NCBI GenBank assembly: GCA_029258885.1
Contig: JAPDJW010000002.1
Location: 224,001-288,000 of the forward strand
Length of the DNA stretch: 64,000 bases
From: Thermoproteota archaeon
GTDB lineage: Archaea; Thermoproteota; Thermoprotei; Thermofilales; B9-G17
Direction: 5' to 3'
Below the pieces are notes generated by a model. The model worked only from the letters and a program-made list of their open reading frames with translations. It made no database searches and was not told where the DNA came from. Of the stretch, positions 27,663-37,307 are shown in pieces. Positions within the stretch are counted from its first letter, which is position 1; the number at the start of each line of letters is the position of its first letter. A program made the position numbers and the translations under genes.

Positions 27663-29003
27663 GTGTTTAGCGTGTGTTCTGAGTGGTTTGAGAAGGAATA
27701 TTGGATAAACATATTTACTGCCGAGGAGAGCGATATAGATCCCGACGACAATATCATAGCTTTGTATTACGTTAAGCCTTCGGGTAACCTTAGCCTGAAG
27801 TCAGCTGGCATAAACATTGCAGCCGAGGAGTCCATCGGAACATGGACGGAAGTTGGGACAATAACTAAGGACGTGTTAAGGCTCGCTGCAAGGGTCTTTA
27901 AAGTGGAGAAAATGAATGGATCAGGCATAGTTAAGATAGCCTATCCGCTTGAACTATTCGATCTTGATGCTGGAATTTCCCACCTATTATCTATAGTGGC
28001 TGGAAACCTATTTGGCATGGGGGTTCTCGAGGGAGTTAAACTGCTCGATCTACATCTACCTAAAGAATACGTTAAACAGTTTAAGGGACCAAAATTCGGG
28101 ATAGAAGGCATTAGGAAAATAGTGGGTACATACGACAACCCGAGGCCACATCTGGGAACTATAGTGAAGCCCAAGGTGGGTTTGGATCCAAAGCAGACAG
28201 CTAAGGTCGCATATGAGGCGGCAATGGGGGGAGTAGACCTTGTAAAGGACGACGAAACCCTAACAAGCCAGAAGTTCTGCCCTCTTGAGGAGAGAGTTGC
28301 TAGGGTAATGGAGGCGCTAGATAGAGTTAAGGAGGAAACTGGGAGAATTGTTCTCTATGCTGTAGACGTTACAGCTGATTTAAACCAGCTATGGAAGAAC
28401 GTGGATACAGCCCTTGAAAATGGTGTAAACTGTATAATGGTCGATGTAATATGCGATGGTTTCCCTGTCTTGAGGGCGCTAGCCGAAGATCCCTCGGTAA
28501 AGGTTCCAATACACGTACATAGAACCATGCACGCTGCCATGACGAGGAATCCGGAACACGGAATACATATGATGGTTCTAGCTAAGCTAGTTAGATTAGC
28601 TGGCGGAGACCAGCTCCACACAGGAACAGCAAAGGGTAAGATGGAGAAGCCTATGGTAGGTAAGCTGAAAATACTGGAGGATTACTCTGGAGTAAAGGGA
28701 ATAAGGAGAATAAACGACTTTCTGAGATCCGAGTGGTACGGCATTAAAAGAGTACTTCCAGTAGCATCGGGTGGAATACACCCGGCATTAGTTCCAGCTA
28801 ACCTAGAGCTACTGGGCTACCCGGATATTCAGCTTAATGCAGGCGGAGGTATACACGGTCACCCGGACGGTACGCTTGCGGGAGCTAAGGCTATGAAGCA
28901 GGCAATCGAAGCCTTCATGAGGGGAATAAAGCTTGAGGAATACGCTAAGGATCATCCGGAGCTAAGGAGAGCTCTCGAGCACTGGGGATACAAGTATGCT
29001 TAA
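27663..29003 (+). CDS. rbcL: RuBisCO large subunit, archaeal form III; probable start GTG 27672
   Basis: AAEESIGTWT, GTIVKPKVGL, GGVDLVKDDE, HVHRTMHAA, loop-6 HTGTAKGKME, PVASGGIHP, GGGIHGHP; catalytic residue set is intact. Confidence 0.93.
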   Translation: MFSVCSEWFEKEYWINIFTAEESDIDPDDNIIALYYVKPSGNLSLKSAGINIAAEESIGTWTEVGTITKDVLRLAARVFKVEKMNGSGIVKIAYPLELFDLDAGISHLLSIVAGNLFGMGVLEGVKLLDLHLPKEYVKQFKGPKFGIEGIRKIVGTYDNPRPHLGTIVKPKVGLDPKQTAKVAYEAAMGGVDLVKDDETLTSQKFCPLEERVARVMEALDRVKEETGRIVLYAVDVTADLNQLWKNVDTALENGVNCIMVDVICDGFPVLRALAEDPSVKVPIHVHRTMHAAMTRNPEHGIHMMVLAKLVRLAGGDQLHTGTAKGKMEKPMVGKLKILEDYSGVKGIRRINDFLRSEWYGIKRVLPVASGGIHPALVPANLELLGYPDIQLNAGGGIHGHPDGTLAGAKAMKQAIEAFMRGIKLEEYAKDHPELRRALEHWGYKYA

Positions 29004-29035
29004 ATCCACTAAATATTAAATTTCTGTTTTTCTAG

Positions 29036-29530
29036 GTGTTTAGCATGACTATAAACGCCGTAGTCTGCTATCTGATATCTGGAGATAAGGTGCTACTTAT
29101 AGAGAAGCTTAGAGGCTTTGGCGCGGGTAAGGTCAATGCTCCTGGGGGTAGGATAAAGCCTGGGGAAAGCATTATTGAAGCCGCTAAACGAGAGGTAATG
29201 GAGGAGGTAGGGTTAGAAATATATGATCCGGAGGTCTACGGAGTTCTTGAGTTCTACTTCGGCGAAAATAAAAGGGTTCCGGATTGGAGAGTCTATGTTC
29301 TATTATCGGAAAACTTTCAAGGCGAGCCGCGAGCTAGTGACGAAGCTAAGCCGTTCTGGGTTAGTATTGAAAGAATACCTCTCTCACTTATGTGGAGCGA
29401 TGATAGGTTCTGGCTACCCTGGCTGTTGGATAAGAGATACTTTAGAGGAATATTCGTCTTTGATGAGAAGGCTGAAGCTCTCCTAAAAGCATCCGTATAT
29501 CAGGTATCTAAGGAAGATGTAGTAGGGTGA
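29036..29530 (+). CDS. NUDIX hydrolase (MutT/MTH1-like); probable start ATG 29046
   Basis: GGRIKPGESIIEAAKREVMEEVG Nudix box; MWSDDRFWLP. Confidence 0.9.
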   Translation: MFSMTINAVVCYLISGDKVLLIEKLRGFGAGKVNAPGGRIKPGESIIEAAKREVMEEVGLEIYDPEVYGVLEFYFGENKRVPDWRVYVLLSENFQGEPRASDEAKPFWVSIERIPLSLMWSDDRFWLPWLLDKRYFRGIFVFDEKAEALLKASVYQVSKEDVVG

Positions 29531-29534
29531 CGTA

Positions 29535-30992
29535 TTGCGGCATCGACGAATTTTTCTCTTCTTTCTGATAACGCTTCTATTAACGGTACTGTTAGCTCCA
29601 TCAGTTATCCGTGAGGTAAGGTTCCAGGAGAGATTCTGTACATCCGCTGTCATATCGCCAGCTATCTCTACAAACGGTTTATCGATTATGTGGAAGAATA
29701 GGGATAATCCCAATAGACCGTATATTCCACAGGTACTTGTCCTCGGCGGCGGAAAATACAGGTTCATAGGCGTTGCAACAGTGGGGTCAAGCGGTATCTC
29801 ATTCGGCTTAAATGAGGCAGGGCTAGCCGTAGGCAATACCTACATAGAGGTGGTAAATGAGGGCGGAGAAATAGGTAACTTAGCATTGAATAGAATGATT
29901 CTATCGAATGCATCCTCTATTGATGAGGCCATAGAGTTAATACTAAACACCTACGGCAAGGCTTCCGGCTCCTCTATAGTGATGGCTGACCCTAGGGGAG
30001 TGGCTGTGCTCGACATATGTATGGACATAGCCTATAACCTGGAGAGAACGGAGGAAGGCTGGATAGTTAGGTCAAATCATTGGAGAAACGTGTCATCCAG
30101 TGAACTGGCGAAGTACGAGGCCTACTCTCCCGGCGAATCCTCCATTAAACGGTATGAGGCGGCATACAGCCTAATTAGAGATATGGCTGAGGATGGAGGA
30201 GTAAGCGTCATCGATATGCTTAAGGTAGCGAAAAGCCACGTCTACGGGATTGGGAGATTATCCATTTGTAGACATGAAAGTAGTAGATGGAGTATTGCAA
30301 GCCAGTCGACGACCGTTAGCTCCGGAGTATGCGTAATCTATAGAGATAATCCCTCCTTTTCAGTCATGTGGGTATCCCTAGGACAGCCGTGTATATGCAT
30401 ATATACTCCCGTTTTCGCAGCAGTAGCTAAGCTAAATATTTCTTCCATAGACTACTGGTCTACCGAGGATGTCTGGAGAAATAACGAGAAGATAAGGGAT
30501 ATTATGTACGGAGATAAGGGGCTATATTACAGCAATAAAACCCTAGCATACACATACTTCAACTTCACGTATAGGATTGAGGATGCATTGGTAGACTATG
30601 TGGAGGTCATATGGAGCAATAATAGCGATCCAGTGAACGCCACGGGCAAGTTAATAGGTCTAATAGAGGGAGAAAGGCTGAACATAACGGCTATATTTCT
30701 AAGCTGTAACAGAAGGAAGCTGGCAAAGGCCATAAATCTATCTATAAAATACATCTACGTAATTTTAACCGTAGACCTGAAGGCGTTATTTCACGAGACG
30801 GGGGATATAAGATACCTTAATGCAAGCCATATTGTTGAAGGGAGGCTACAGGCTATAGAGGATATTATAGCAGAACTTGGAGACGAGGAAACAGTCTTAA
30901 CATATCATCTAGTATTAACTATAGCGTTATCTGCCGTAGTAGTTATATTAGTAATAAAGAAAAAGAAAGGAAGTATTTTATTTCTTAAGTAG
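29535..30992 (+). CDS. Secreted, membrane-anchored Ntn cysteine hydrolase (C45/C69-like)
   Basis: Signal peptide, putative N-terminal nucleophile CTS, WKNRD, GLNEAGLAVGN, RSNH, C-terminal TM. Confidence 0.75.
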   Translation: MRHRRIFLFFLITLLLTVLLAPSVIREVRFQERFCTSAVISPAISTNGLSIMWKNRDNPNRPYIPQVLVLGGGKYRFIGVATVGSSGISFGLNEAGLAVGNTYIEVVNEGGEIGNLALNRMILSNASSIDEAIELILNTYGKASGSSIVMADPRGVAVLDICMDIAYNLERTEEGWIVRSNHWRNVSSSELAKYEAYSPGESSIKRYEAAYSLIRDMAEDGGVSVIDMLKVAKSHVYGIGRLSICRHESSRWSIASQSTTVSSGVCVIYRDNPSFSVMWVSLGQPCICIYTPVFAAVAKLNISSIDYWSTEDVWRNNEKIRDIMYGDKGLYYSNKTLAYTYFNFTYRIEDALVDYVEVIWSNNSDPVNATGKLIGLIEGERLNITAIFLSCNRRKLAKAINLSIKYIYVILTVDLKALFHETGDIRYLNASHIVEGRLQAIEDIIAELGDEETVLTYHLVLTIALSAVVVILVIKKKKGSILFLK

Positions 30993-31529
30993 CTTAAGGA
31001 ACTCCCTCATGAAAGCTGGTAGATCGGGCCATGCCCTGCTGGTAACTAGGTTTCCGTCGACAACTATCTCTTTGTCCTCGTATATTCCGCCCGCGTTCTC
31101 TATATCGGGTTTTAGCACCTTGTATGCTGTCATACGCTTACCTTTAACTAGCCCGTAGGCTAGGAGTACTAGTGGTCCATGGCAGATTGCAGCGACGGGC
31201 TTGTTTTTCTCAAAGAAGTGTTTAACTATCTTCTCTAGCTCAGGGCTAAGCCTCATATATTCGGGTGCTCTACCCCCGGGAATAATTAGGCCATCATACT
31301 CCTCGGGGTTAACGTCCTTATATGCTAGGTCAACCCACCTAAAGCAGTAGCCGGGCTTTTCGGTATAAGTTTCAACTCCTTCTTCGAAGTCATGGACTAC
31401 TGTATAGAGGTCCTTCTTGCTTGGGGCTGCCACGTGGACTTCTATACCCTCCTCCTTAAGCCTCCAGTATGGATAGAATATTTCCTGGGCTTCAACAGCG
31501 TCTCCAGCAATAATAAGAACCTTAACCAT
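30978..31529 (-). CDS. pfpI: DJ-1/PfpI family protein
   Basis: EAQE, IPGGRAPEY, AAICHGP, DGNLVTSRAWPDL. Confidence 0.9.
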   Translation of the reverse strand: MVKVLIIAGDAVEAQEIFYPYWRLKEEGIEVHVAAPSKKDLYTVVHDFEEGVETYTEKPGYCFRWVDLAYKDVNPEEYDGLIIPGGRAPEYMRLSPELEKIVKHFFEKNKPVAAICHGPLVLLAYGLVKGKRMTAYKVLKPDIENAGGIYEDKEIVVDGNLVTSRAWPDLPAFMREFLKLLKK

Positions 31530-31587
31530 GAAATCACCACGTAAAATATATACGTTTTGATTAAAAAATTTAAGGGATTTTCAGTTC

Positions 31588-32886
31588 GTGCAGGTGGGTC
31601 TATTGCTAAAGGAGAGGATTGAGGTTCTCGATAACGGCTTAAGAGTCATTATAGTAGAGAATCACAGAGTGCCCGTTGCATCGCTTTTCATATTCTATAG
31701 GGTTGGATCTAGGAACGAGAGGCCCGGAATCACCGGTATATCGCATTTCATTGAGCATATGCTGTTTAAGGGGGCTGGAAAGTACGGCAAGGGTGATATA
31801 GATAGGCTAGTCTGTGAGAGAGGCGGGAGAAATAACGGTATGACGTGCGAGGATTTTACAGTTTATTTAATGACTATACCAGCTCCCTTCATAGATCTTG
31901 TTATTGATATTGAGGCGGAGAGGATGAGGAATGCAGTATTTGATGAGAGGGAAGTTGAGGCTGAAAGAACGGTAATTCTATCGGAGAGGGAGGGTGCCGA
32001 GAACTATCCCTCATACCTATTGGGTGAGCTAGTTAGGGCGACGGCCTTCATAGCTCATCCTTACCGATGGCCTGTAATAGGATGGAAGAGCGATATACAG
32101 TCTATAACCAGGGACGACCTTGTAAGCTACTACAACGATGCGTATACCCCCGATAATGCAGTAATATCTATTGCTGGCGACGTTGATCCATATGAAGTCA
32201 TGAGAATTATTAAGGAGAAATTCGGTGAAATAGATGCTAAATCCAGAATTTCTGAGCCTAGGACTAAGGAGCCTAAGCAGAGGGGTGAGAGGAGAGTTGT
32301 CCTAAGGAAGCCCGGTAAAGTAGGGTACCTATACGTAGCATACCACGTACCAAACGCTAGAAGCGAGGATACGATTCCATTAATAATCCTCGATGCCATA
32401 CTCGGAGGTGCCTCCTCCATCAATCCCCTCTCCGGCGCTAATTTCGTTAAGAGCTCTAGGCTATACAACATACTAGTTAATAGGGGGCTTGCAAACTGGG
32501 TTTCAGTAAGATACGGGCTTACACTCGATCCCTACATCTTTTTCATAAAAATCGGATTAAGGAGTAATGTTAGTCACGAAAAGGTTGAGAAGGTGTTATT
32601 TAAGGAGATAGATAATATACGTAGAGGAAGAATTAAGGAGAGCGAGTTGAAGAGAGCTAAAAATCAAATTAAGGCCCAGTGGTCCTATGCATGGGAGGAT
32701 GTAACCGGAGTAGCGGGGGTATACGGCTTCTTCGACATAATTACTGGCCTAGACTTCCTCAAGAATCTTCCATCGGAGGTGGAGAAAATAAGTATAAAGG
32801 ATGTAGTTAGGGTTGCAGATGAATATCTGGTTGAGGATAATAGGACTGTTGGATTGTTTATACCTCAGGAGGAGGCGGTTGAATGA
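31588..32886 (+). CDS. M16B metallopeptidase, catalytic subunit
   Basis: GSRNE...GISHFIEHMLFKG (HxxEH), HPYRWPVIGW. Confidence 0.93.
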   Translation: MQVGLLLKERIEVLDNGLRVIIVENHRVPVASLFIFYRVGSRNERPGITGISHFIEHMLFKGAGKYGKGDIDRLVCERGGRNNGMTCEDFTVYLMTIPAPFIDLVIDIEAERMRNAVFDEREVEAERTVILSEREGAENYPSYLLGELVRATAFIAHPYRWPVIGWKSDIQSITRDDLVSYYNDAYTPDNAVISIAGDVDPYEVMRIIKEKFGEIDAKSRISEPRTKEPKQRGERRVVLRKPGKVGYLYVAYHVPNARSEDTIPLIILDAILGGASSINPLSGANFVKSSRLYNILVNRGLANWVSVRYGLTLDPYIFFIKIGLRSNVSHEKVEKVLFKEIDNIRRGRIKESELKRAKNQIKAQWSYAWEDVTGVAGVYGFFDIITGLDFLKNLPSEVEKISIKDVVRVADEYLVEDNRTVGLFIPQEEAVE

Positions 32887-34148
32887 ATATTATAGATAAA
32901 TTACCTGAAATTGATATTGAAATAAAGAGGACTGTACTAGACGGCGGAACGGTAGTTATAGTCAATGAGAGGCCATGGAGCAGCTCCGTGTACGTCTACG
33001 GCGGGATAGTTGGTGGGCTATGTATTGAGGAGGTTTATGGCGAGGCAAACTTCACCTCATCACTGCTCCTGAAGAGATATAGGAGAAAGACCGCTAGACA
33101 GATAGTTGTTGAGATAGAGGGTATGGGCGCATCGGCATCCTTCAGAGCCGGATACGAGGCGGTGATATTCACTCTTATGTCGCGTAGGGAGAACTTCGAG
33201 AAAGTCATGGGCAAGGTGCTTAAGTATGCCTCTAGGCCAAGCTTTCCCGAGAAAGAGATTAAAAACGCTAGGAGCAGAATTGCTTCTATTATCAGGGAGA
33301 ATGAGCAGAGTCCACGGTTTATGGGATTAAAGATATTCAAGGAGCTCATGTTCACTAAGGATAATCCCTATGGAAGACCTATTGAAGGCTACGTTGAAAG
33401 CATTATGAATATTAGCCGTAGCAACTTAATCAGCTACCACAGAAAGCTCTTCCATAAAGGCAATTTCATAATAGCTATCGCTGGCGGAATATGCTTTAAT
33501 GAGGCAGTTAATGTAGTCGAGAAAGCATTGACATATATAGAAGATGGAAGAACCGAAGTCAAATGGCCTGAAACTCCAGAAGTGAAGGGCGTAAGGGAGG
33601 AAGTATACGAGATGCTTGGTAAATCTGAGGCCAGAATAGTGCTAGGATCCAGCGCCATACCTAAAAACCACCCGGACTATGTGCCACTACTAGCCGCCAA
33701 CGACATACTGGGATCCTTCGGCTTATTCGGAAGGCTCGGCAAGAGGATAAGGGATGAAGAGGGCCTGGCGTACGGCGTATGGAGTAGTCTTTCCCTAGGA
33801 AAGGAGGCTGGATACTGGACCGTAGAAGCTGGCGTAAACCCCAAGAACTTGGATAAAGCCTACAGGATGATACTTGAAGAGCTAGATAGGATATCAAGCG
33901 AACCGGTTAGTGAGAAGGAGCTAAACCAAGTTAAGGGGGATTTAGTTGGGTCGCTAGCCGTGGATTTAGAGAGGAACAGCTTCGTAGCTAGACTGCTTTT
34001 CGACATAGAGTTCTACGGGCTAGGAACGGACTATATATCCAGGTTGAGGAGGGATATCCTAAACTTAAAGGTAAGCGATATATTAAATGTCTCGAGAAAA
34101 TACTTTAAGCCGGACAACTATATAGCTGTCTTCATAAAACCAAAGTAG
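32883..34148 (+). CDS. M16B metallopeptidase, non-catalytic partner subunit
   Basis: M16 fold motifs without HxxEH; RLGKRIRDEEGLAYGV (R/Y pair). Confidence 0.88.
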   Translation: MNIIDKLPEIDIEIKRTVLDGGTVVIVNERPWSSSVYVYGGIVGGLCIEEVYGEANFTSSLLLKRYRRKTARQIVVEIEGMGASASFRAGYEAVIFTLMSRRENFEKVMGKVLKYASRPSFPEKEIKNARSRIASIIRENEQSPRFMGLKIFKELMFTKDNPYGRPIEGYVESIMNISRSNLISYHRKLFHKGNFIIAIAGGICFNEAVNVVEKALTYIEDGRTEVKWPETPEVKGVREEVYEMLGKSEARIVLGSSAIPKNHPDYVPLLAANDILGSFGLFGRLGKRIRDEEGLAYGVWSSLSLGKEAGYWTVEAGVNPKNLDKAYRMILEELDRISSEPVSEKELNQVKGDLVGSLAVDLERNSFVARLLFDIEFYGLGTDYISRLRRDILNLKVSDILNVSRKYFKPDNYIAVFIKPK

Positions 34149-34196
34149 ATTCGGTTATGTGTATTTAATAGATCTACTTAGCTTATAGTCGAATAA

Positions 34197-35308
34197 TTAT
34201 CTTATTCTTAGAAGTATGTGGTTTATATCAGCGATTAAGCTTGGAAATTTTCTACATTTCTCCACCATTTCCTCAATCTTTGACAGTTGATAATCTATAT
34301 CTTCATCAGATAGCAGTCCAGAGCGTTGTCCGCAGAAGATGGCATAACCCGTGTAGTATGCTGCCTTACATTCTAATAGGTCAAGAAGTATAGAGAGTGG
34401 ATGAAACGTTAAAACATGTTCCCTCTTGAGCCTATCTACTGCATACCTAAGTCGTTTTGCTGCATCGCTGAATTTCCTATAAGCGATCCTGTGATTGTAT
34501 AGGTATTCCTCAGCCCCCCCACTTCAAGGGCTAGGCTCTCAAAGATATACGATAAAGGCGGAGAGAATTTCTTTGCCGTCTCTCTTATCCGTTTTGCAAG
34601 CGAGTAATAATCTTGAGCTTTAAGATCCTCCGCTATATAGAGCGGATACATGTATAGCAAGCATAGGTAGTCGTTGTTTTCATGCCTAATACTTTCCGCC
34701 GCATCCATAACTTTCTTCAGGATGTTAGCTACCTTCCTATAGTTGCCTTGATGAAGATTTTTCATTGCATAGCAGAGGATTTTAGGCTGATCCAGCAACT
34801 TAATCAAGTCTATATACCTGACTATACCCATATAGGGCTTAGGCTCCCAGCCAAGCGGAATATAGCCTTTCTTGATAAACCACTCCAATGCACCGCTCCA
34901 CGCCTCTAGATAAGCAATTCTCGCCCCTAACTCTATCATCTTTTTCTCAGCATTTTCAAGTAGTATTCCGCCAATCCCCCTTCCTCTATGCTTTCTATCT
35001 ACATGTATCTCCTCTACATAGCCGATCCTAGAGTTATTCCTAATAAATACACTGAATTTGATGAAGCCTATTATTCTCTCTTCCACCTGGGCGATAACCA
35101 TGAATTCATTCTCTCCTTTATGGAGAATCCACTCCCTAAGGTTTTGCGAAGAGAGGAATGGATACTTTTCGCCGTAGACTCTTCTATCATAATCTACTAT
35201 TTCTAAGTAATCCTTACCCGGACATATATCGCGGTAGCTATCAATATATATCCTCAATATAGCATCTGCATCCTCGACATTAACTTCACGTATGGTTATA
35301 TCACTCAT
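34197..35308 (-). pseudogene. GNAT acetyltransferase with helical C-terminal domain, frameshifted at a G7 run (34514-34520)
   Basis: IHVDRKHRGRGIGGILL acetyl-CoA motif. The tracked ORF stops at 34436, but the shifted frame continues AEEYLYNHRIAYRKFSDAAKRLRYAVDRL... to TAA at 34197; G8 gives one 370-aa ORF. Confidence 0.75.
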
Positions 35309-35549
35309 CTCAATCCCATGCCCGCTATTAAAGGAAACTTTTTATTAAGTGCTGTCCTTACAAGTATTTCTTAAGCTATATGATGGAGGACAGCACATAT
35401 CGTAGTATATATAGAGCTACTATAAAGCTAACGTTACATCAGGTATACATTGTCTAAAGTTAATGCCAAGGTAAAAGTGCTAATTTAACGTGATTTCCGG
35501 ATCCTGTAAATACGATAAAGATAATAACCTCGAGTTTTAAATACTGTAT

Positions 35550-35607
35550 TGGTGATGAGCCTTCAGTGAACCGACATAACTAGTGAGGTCACCCGGCAAG
35601 TCTGAGC
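35550..35607 (+). ncRNA. Box C/D methylation-guide sRNA
   Basis: TTTTAAATA promoter-like element upstream; C GTGATGA 35552-35558; guide GCCTTCAGTGAA; D' CCGA 35571-35574; C' GTGAGGT 35583-35589; guide CACCCGGCAAGT; D CTGA 35602-35605. Confidence 0.85.
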
Positions 35608-37160
35608 TAACGCTCCAAAATGAACGGACGCCGATGCTCCCTCTTCGTCGGTATCCTATCGATTAACATCATTTCCTCTATTCTTCCGATACCGAAAGGC
35701 ATTTCCTCCTCAAGCACCTTAAGGGCTTGATCCAGCTTAAACTCCGACTCAGAGTATATTTCGAATAGTGGATCTCCCGCCTTAACTCGATCACCTATCT
35801 TTACGTATAGCCTTACGCCAGCGCCCTTATCCTTTGGTGCTCCCGCCAGCTTAGCTATTTCGGCTAAAACTGAATTATTTATCCATAGCACGGGACCCTT
35901 CATCTCCGACCTTATCAGTATCTTCTTATCGCCTAACGGTATATCGTCAGGCTTAACGTTGGGATCTCCTCCCTGAGCCTCAATTATCTCCCTAAACTTC
36001 TTCTCAGCCTTACCGCTCCTCAACGCCTCCAATGCGACAGCCTTACCGTTGCTAACGCCGACCATCTCGAGGAGGACTCCAGCAACGCTCGTAGCCTTAT
36101 CTACTAGATCGGGAGTCCAATTACCCATTAGAGTATTAAGCGCCTCCCAAGCTTCGAGAGCTGGTCCCATAGTGTATCCGACAGGTTCCTCGCCTAGGGT
36201 AATAGCGCAGTTAACCTTCATTCCAAGCCTCTTACCAACTTCAATGAAGCTCCTAGCAATCAGGTGGGCTTCCCCTATGGTCTTAACCTTAGTCCCTCTG
36301 CCAGTAGGTATATCCAGCACCACGTGAGTAGCTCCAACCGATTTCTTCTTAGCCATAATTGATGGGATGAAGAAGGGATCGAGGGATAGTGGATACTCAA
36401 CTCTAATAATTATGTCGTCGGCTGGAGCCAGCCCGAGAGCTCCTCCCCAAACCATACATCCATTGGTCTTCGAGACAACCTCCTTTATCTCATCAACGGA
36501 TAGATCTACCGGACATAGTACTTCAACTCTATCTGCCGTACCAGCTGGGGACGTAATAGCCCTAGAAGAGGTCTTCGGAATAGTATAACCTAGCGACGCG
36601 ATAATCGGTACCACGAGCATAGTAGTCTTATCGCCTGGAACTCCGCCTAAGCTGTGTTTATCGAGGATCGGGTATCTATCTAACTCTATAGTCTTCCCGG
36701 TTTCAACCATAGCCTTCGAGAAGTAGTATGCCTCCTCAATATTCATGCCCTGCAGGTGTAGTGCCGTAACCAGCGCGGCTATCTCGATATCACTTAACCT
36801 ACCCTCAACTATGTCCTTAATTATCTCGTAAACCTCCTCGTAGGATAAGGATACGCCATTCATCCTATTCCTAATATACTTAATTGAAGCTGGCCTCTCG
36901 GTTGGTAGAATTTCAACCTCATCTCCATCCCTCAGATCCAGTGCCTTAGCGACTTCATCGTAGACAGCGATAGTGTCGTGAGGCAGATACCTAGCAATAT
37001 TGACTATTGCTACAACATCCCTATCCCCTTTCCTGACAATTACTCTATCAAGTGCATGTATACCCATAAACTTAGCGGGTTCATCATCAATAACTATAAT
37101 TCGCTTCTTACCTGCTTCAAAACCCAGAAGCTTAACCTTAAACCTCAAAATTCCCACCAT
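35607..37160 (-). CDS. AMP phosphorylase (archaeal AMP/CMP phosphorylase, pyrimidine-nucleoside phosphorylase family)
   Basis: N-terminal double-psi domain (GIHALDRV), DKHSLGGVPGDKT, PKTSSRAITSPAGTAD, SIMAKKKS, GAPKDKGAG. Confidence 0.92.
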   Translation of the reverse strand: MVGILRFKVKLLGFEAGKKRIIVIDDEPAKFMGIHALDRVIVRKGDRDVVAIVNIARYLPHDTIAVYDEVAKALDLRDGDEVEILPTERPASIKYIRNRMNGVSLSYEEVYEIIKDIVEGRLSDIEIAALVTALHLQGMNIEEAYYFSKAMVETGKTIELDRYPILDKHSLGGVPGDKTTMLVVPIIASLGYTIPKTSSRAITSPAGTADRVEVLCPVDLSVDEIKEVVSKTNGCMVWGGALGLAPADDIIIRVEYPLSLDPFFIPSIMAKKKSVGATHVVLDIPTGRGTKVKTIGEAHLIARSFIEVGKRLGMKVNCAITLGEEPVGYTMGPALEAWEALNTLMGNWTPDLVDKATSVAGVLLEMVGVSNGKAVALEALRSGKAEKKFREIIEAQGGDPNVKPDDIPLGDKKILIRSEMKGPVLWINNSVLAEIAKLAGAPKDKGAGVRLYVKIGDRVKAGDPLFEIYSESEFKLDQALKVLEEEMPFGIGRIEEMMLIDRIPTKREHRRPFILER

Positions 37161-37307
37161 ACAAGTACTATTCTATAGGATTTCATCTATATAAAAAGGT
37201 CGCAGAAAATATTCAAGCTCCTGCGTGAACTCCTCGATGATGGGTCGAAATCCGACCCCACACCTTAAATATCACCGGATTGAAAACTATATTCTAGGTG
37301 ACACTAG

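Noticed and set aside
27663-29003. RuBisCO-like protein (form IV)
   Set aside because: Catalytic KDDE, K175/K177-equivalent, His and loop-6 Lys residues are all present.
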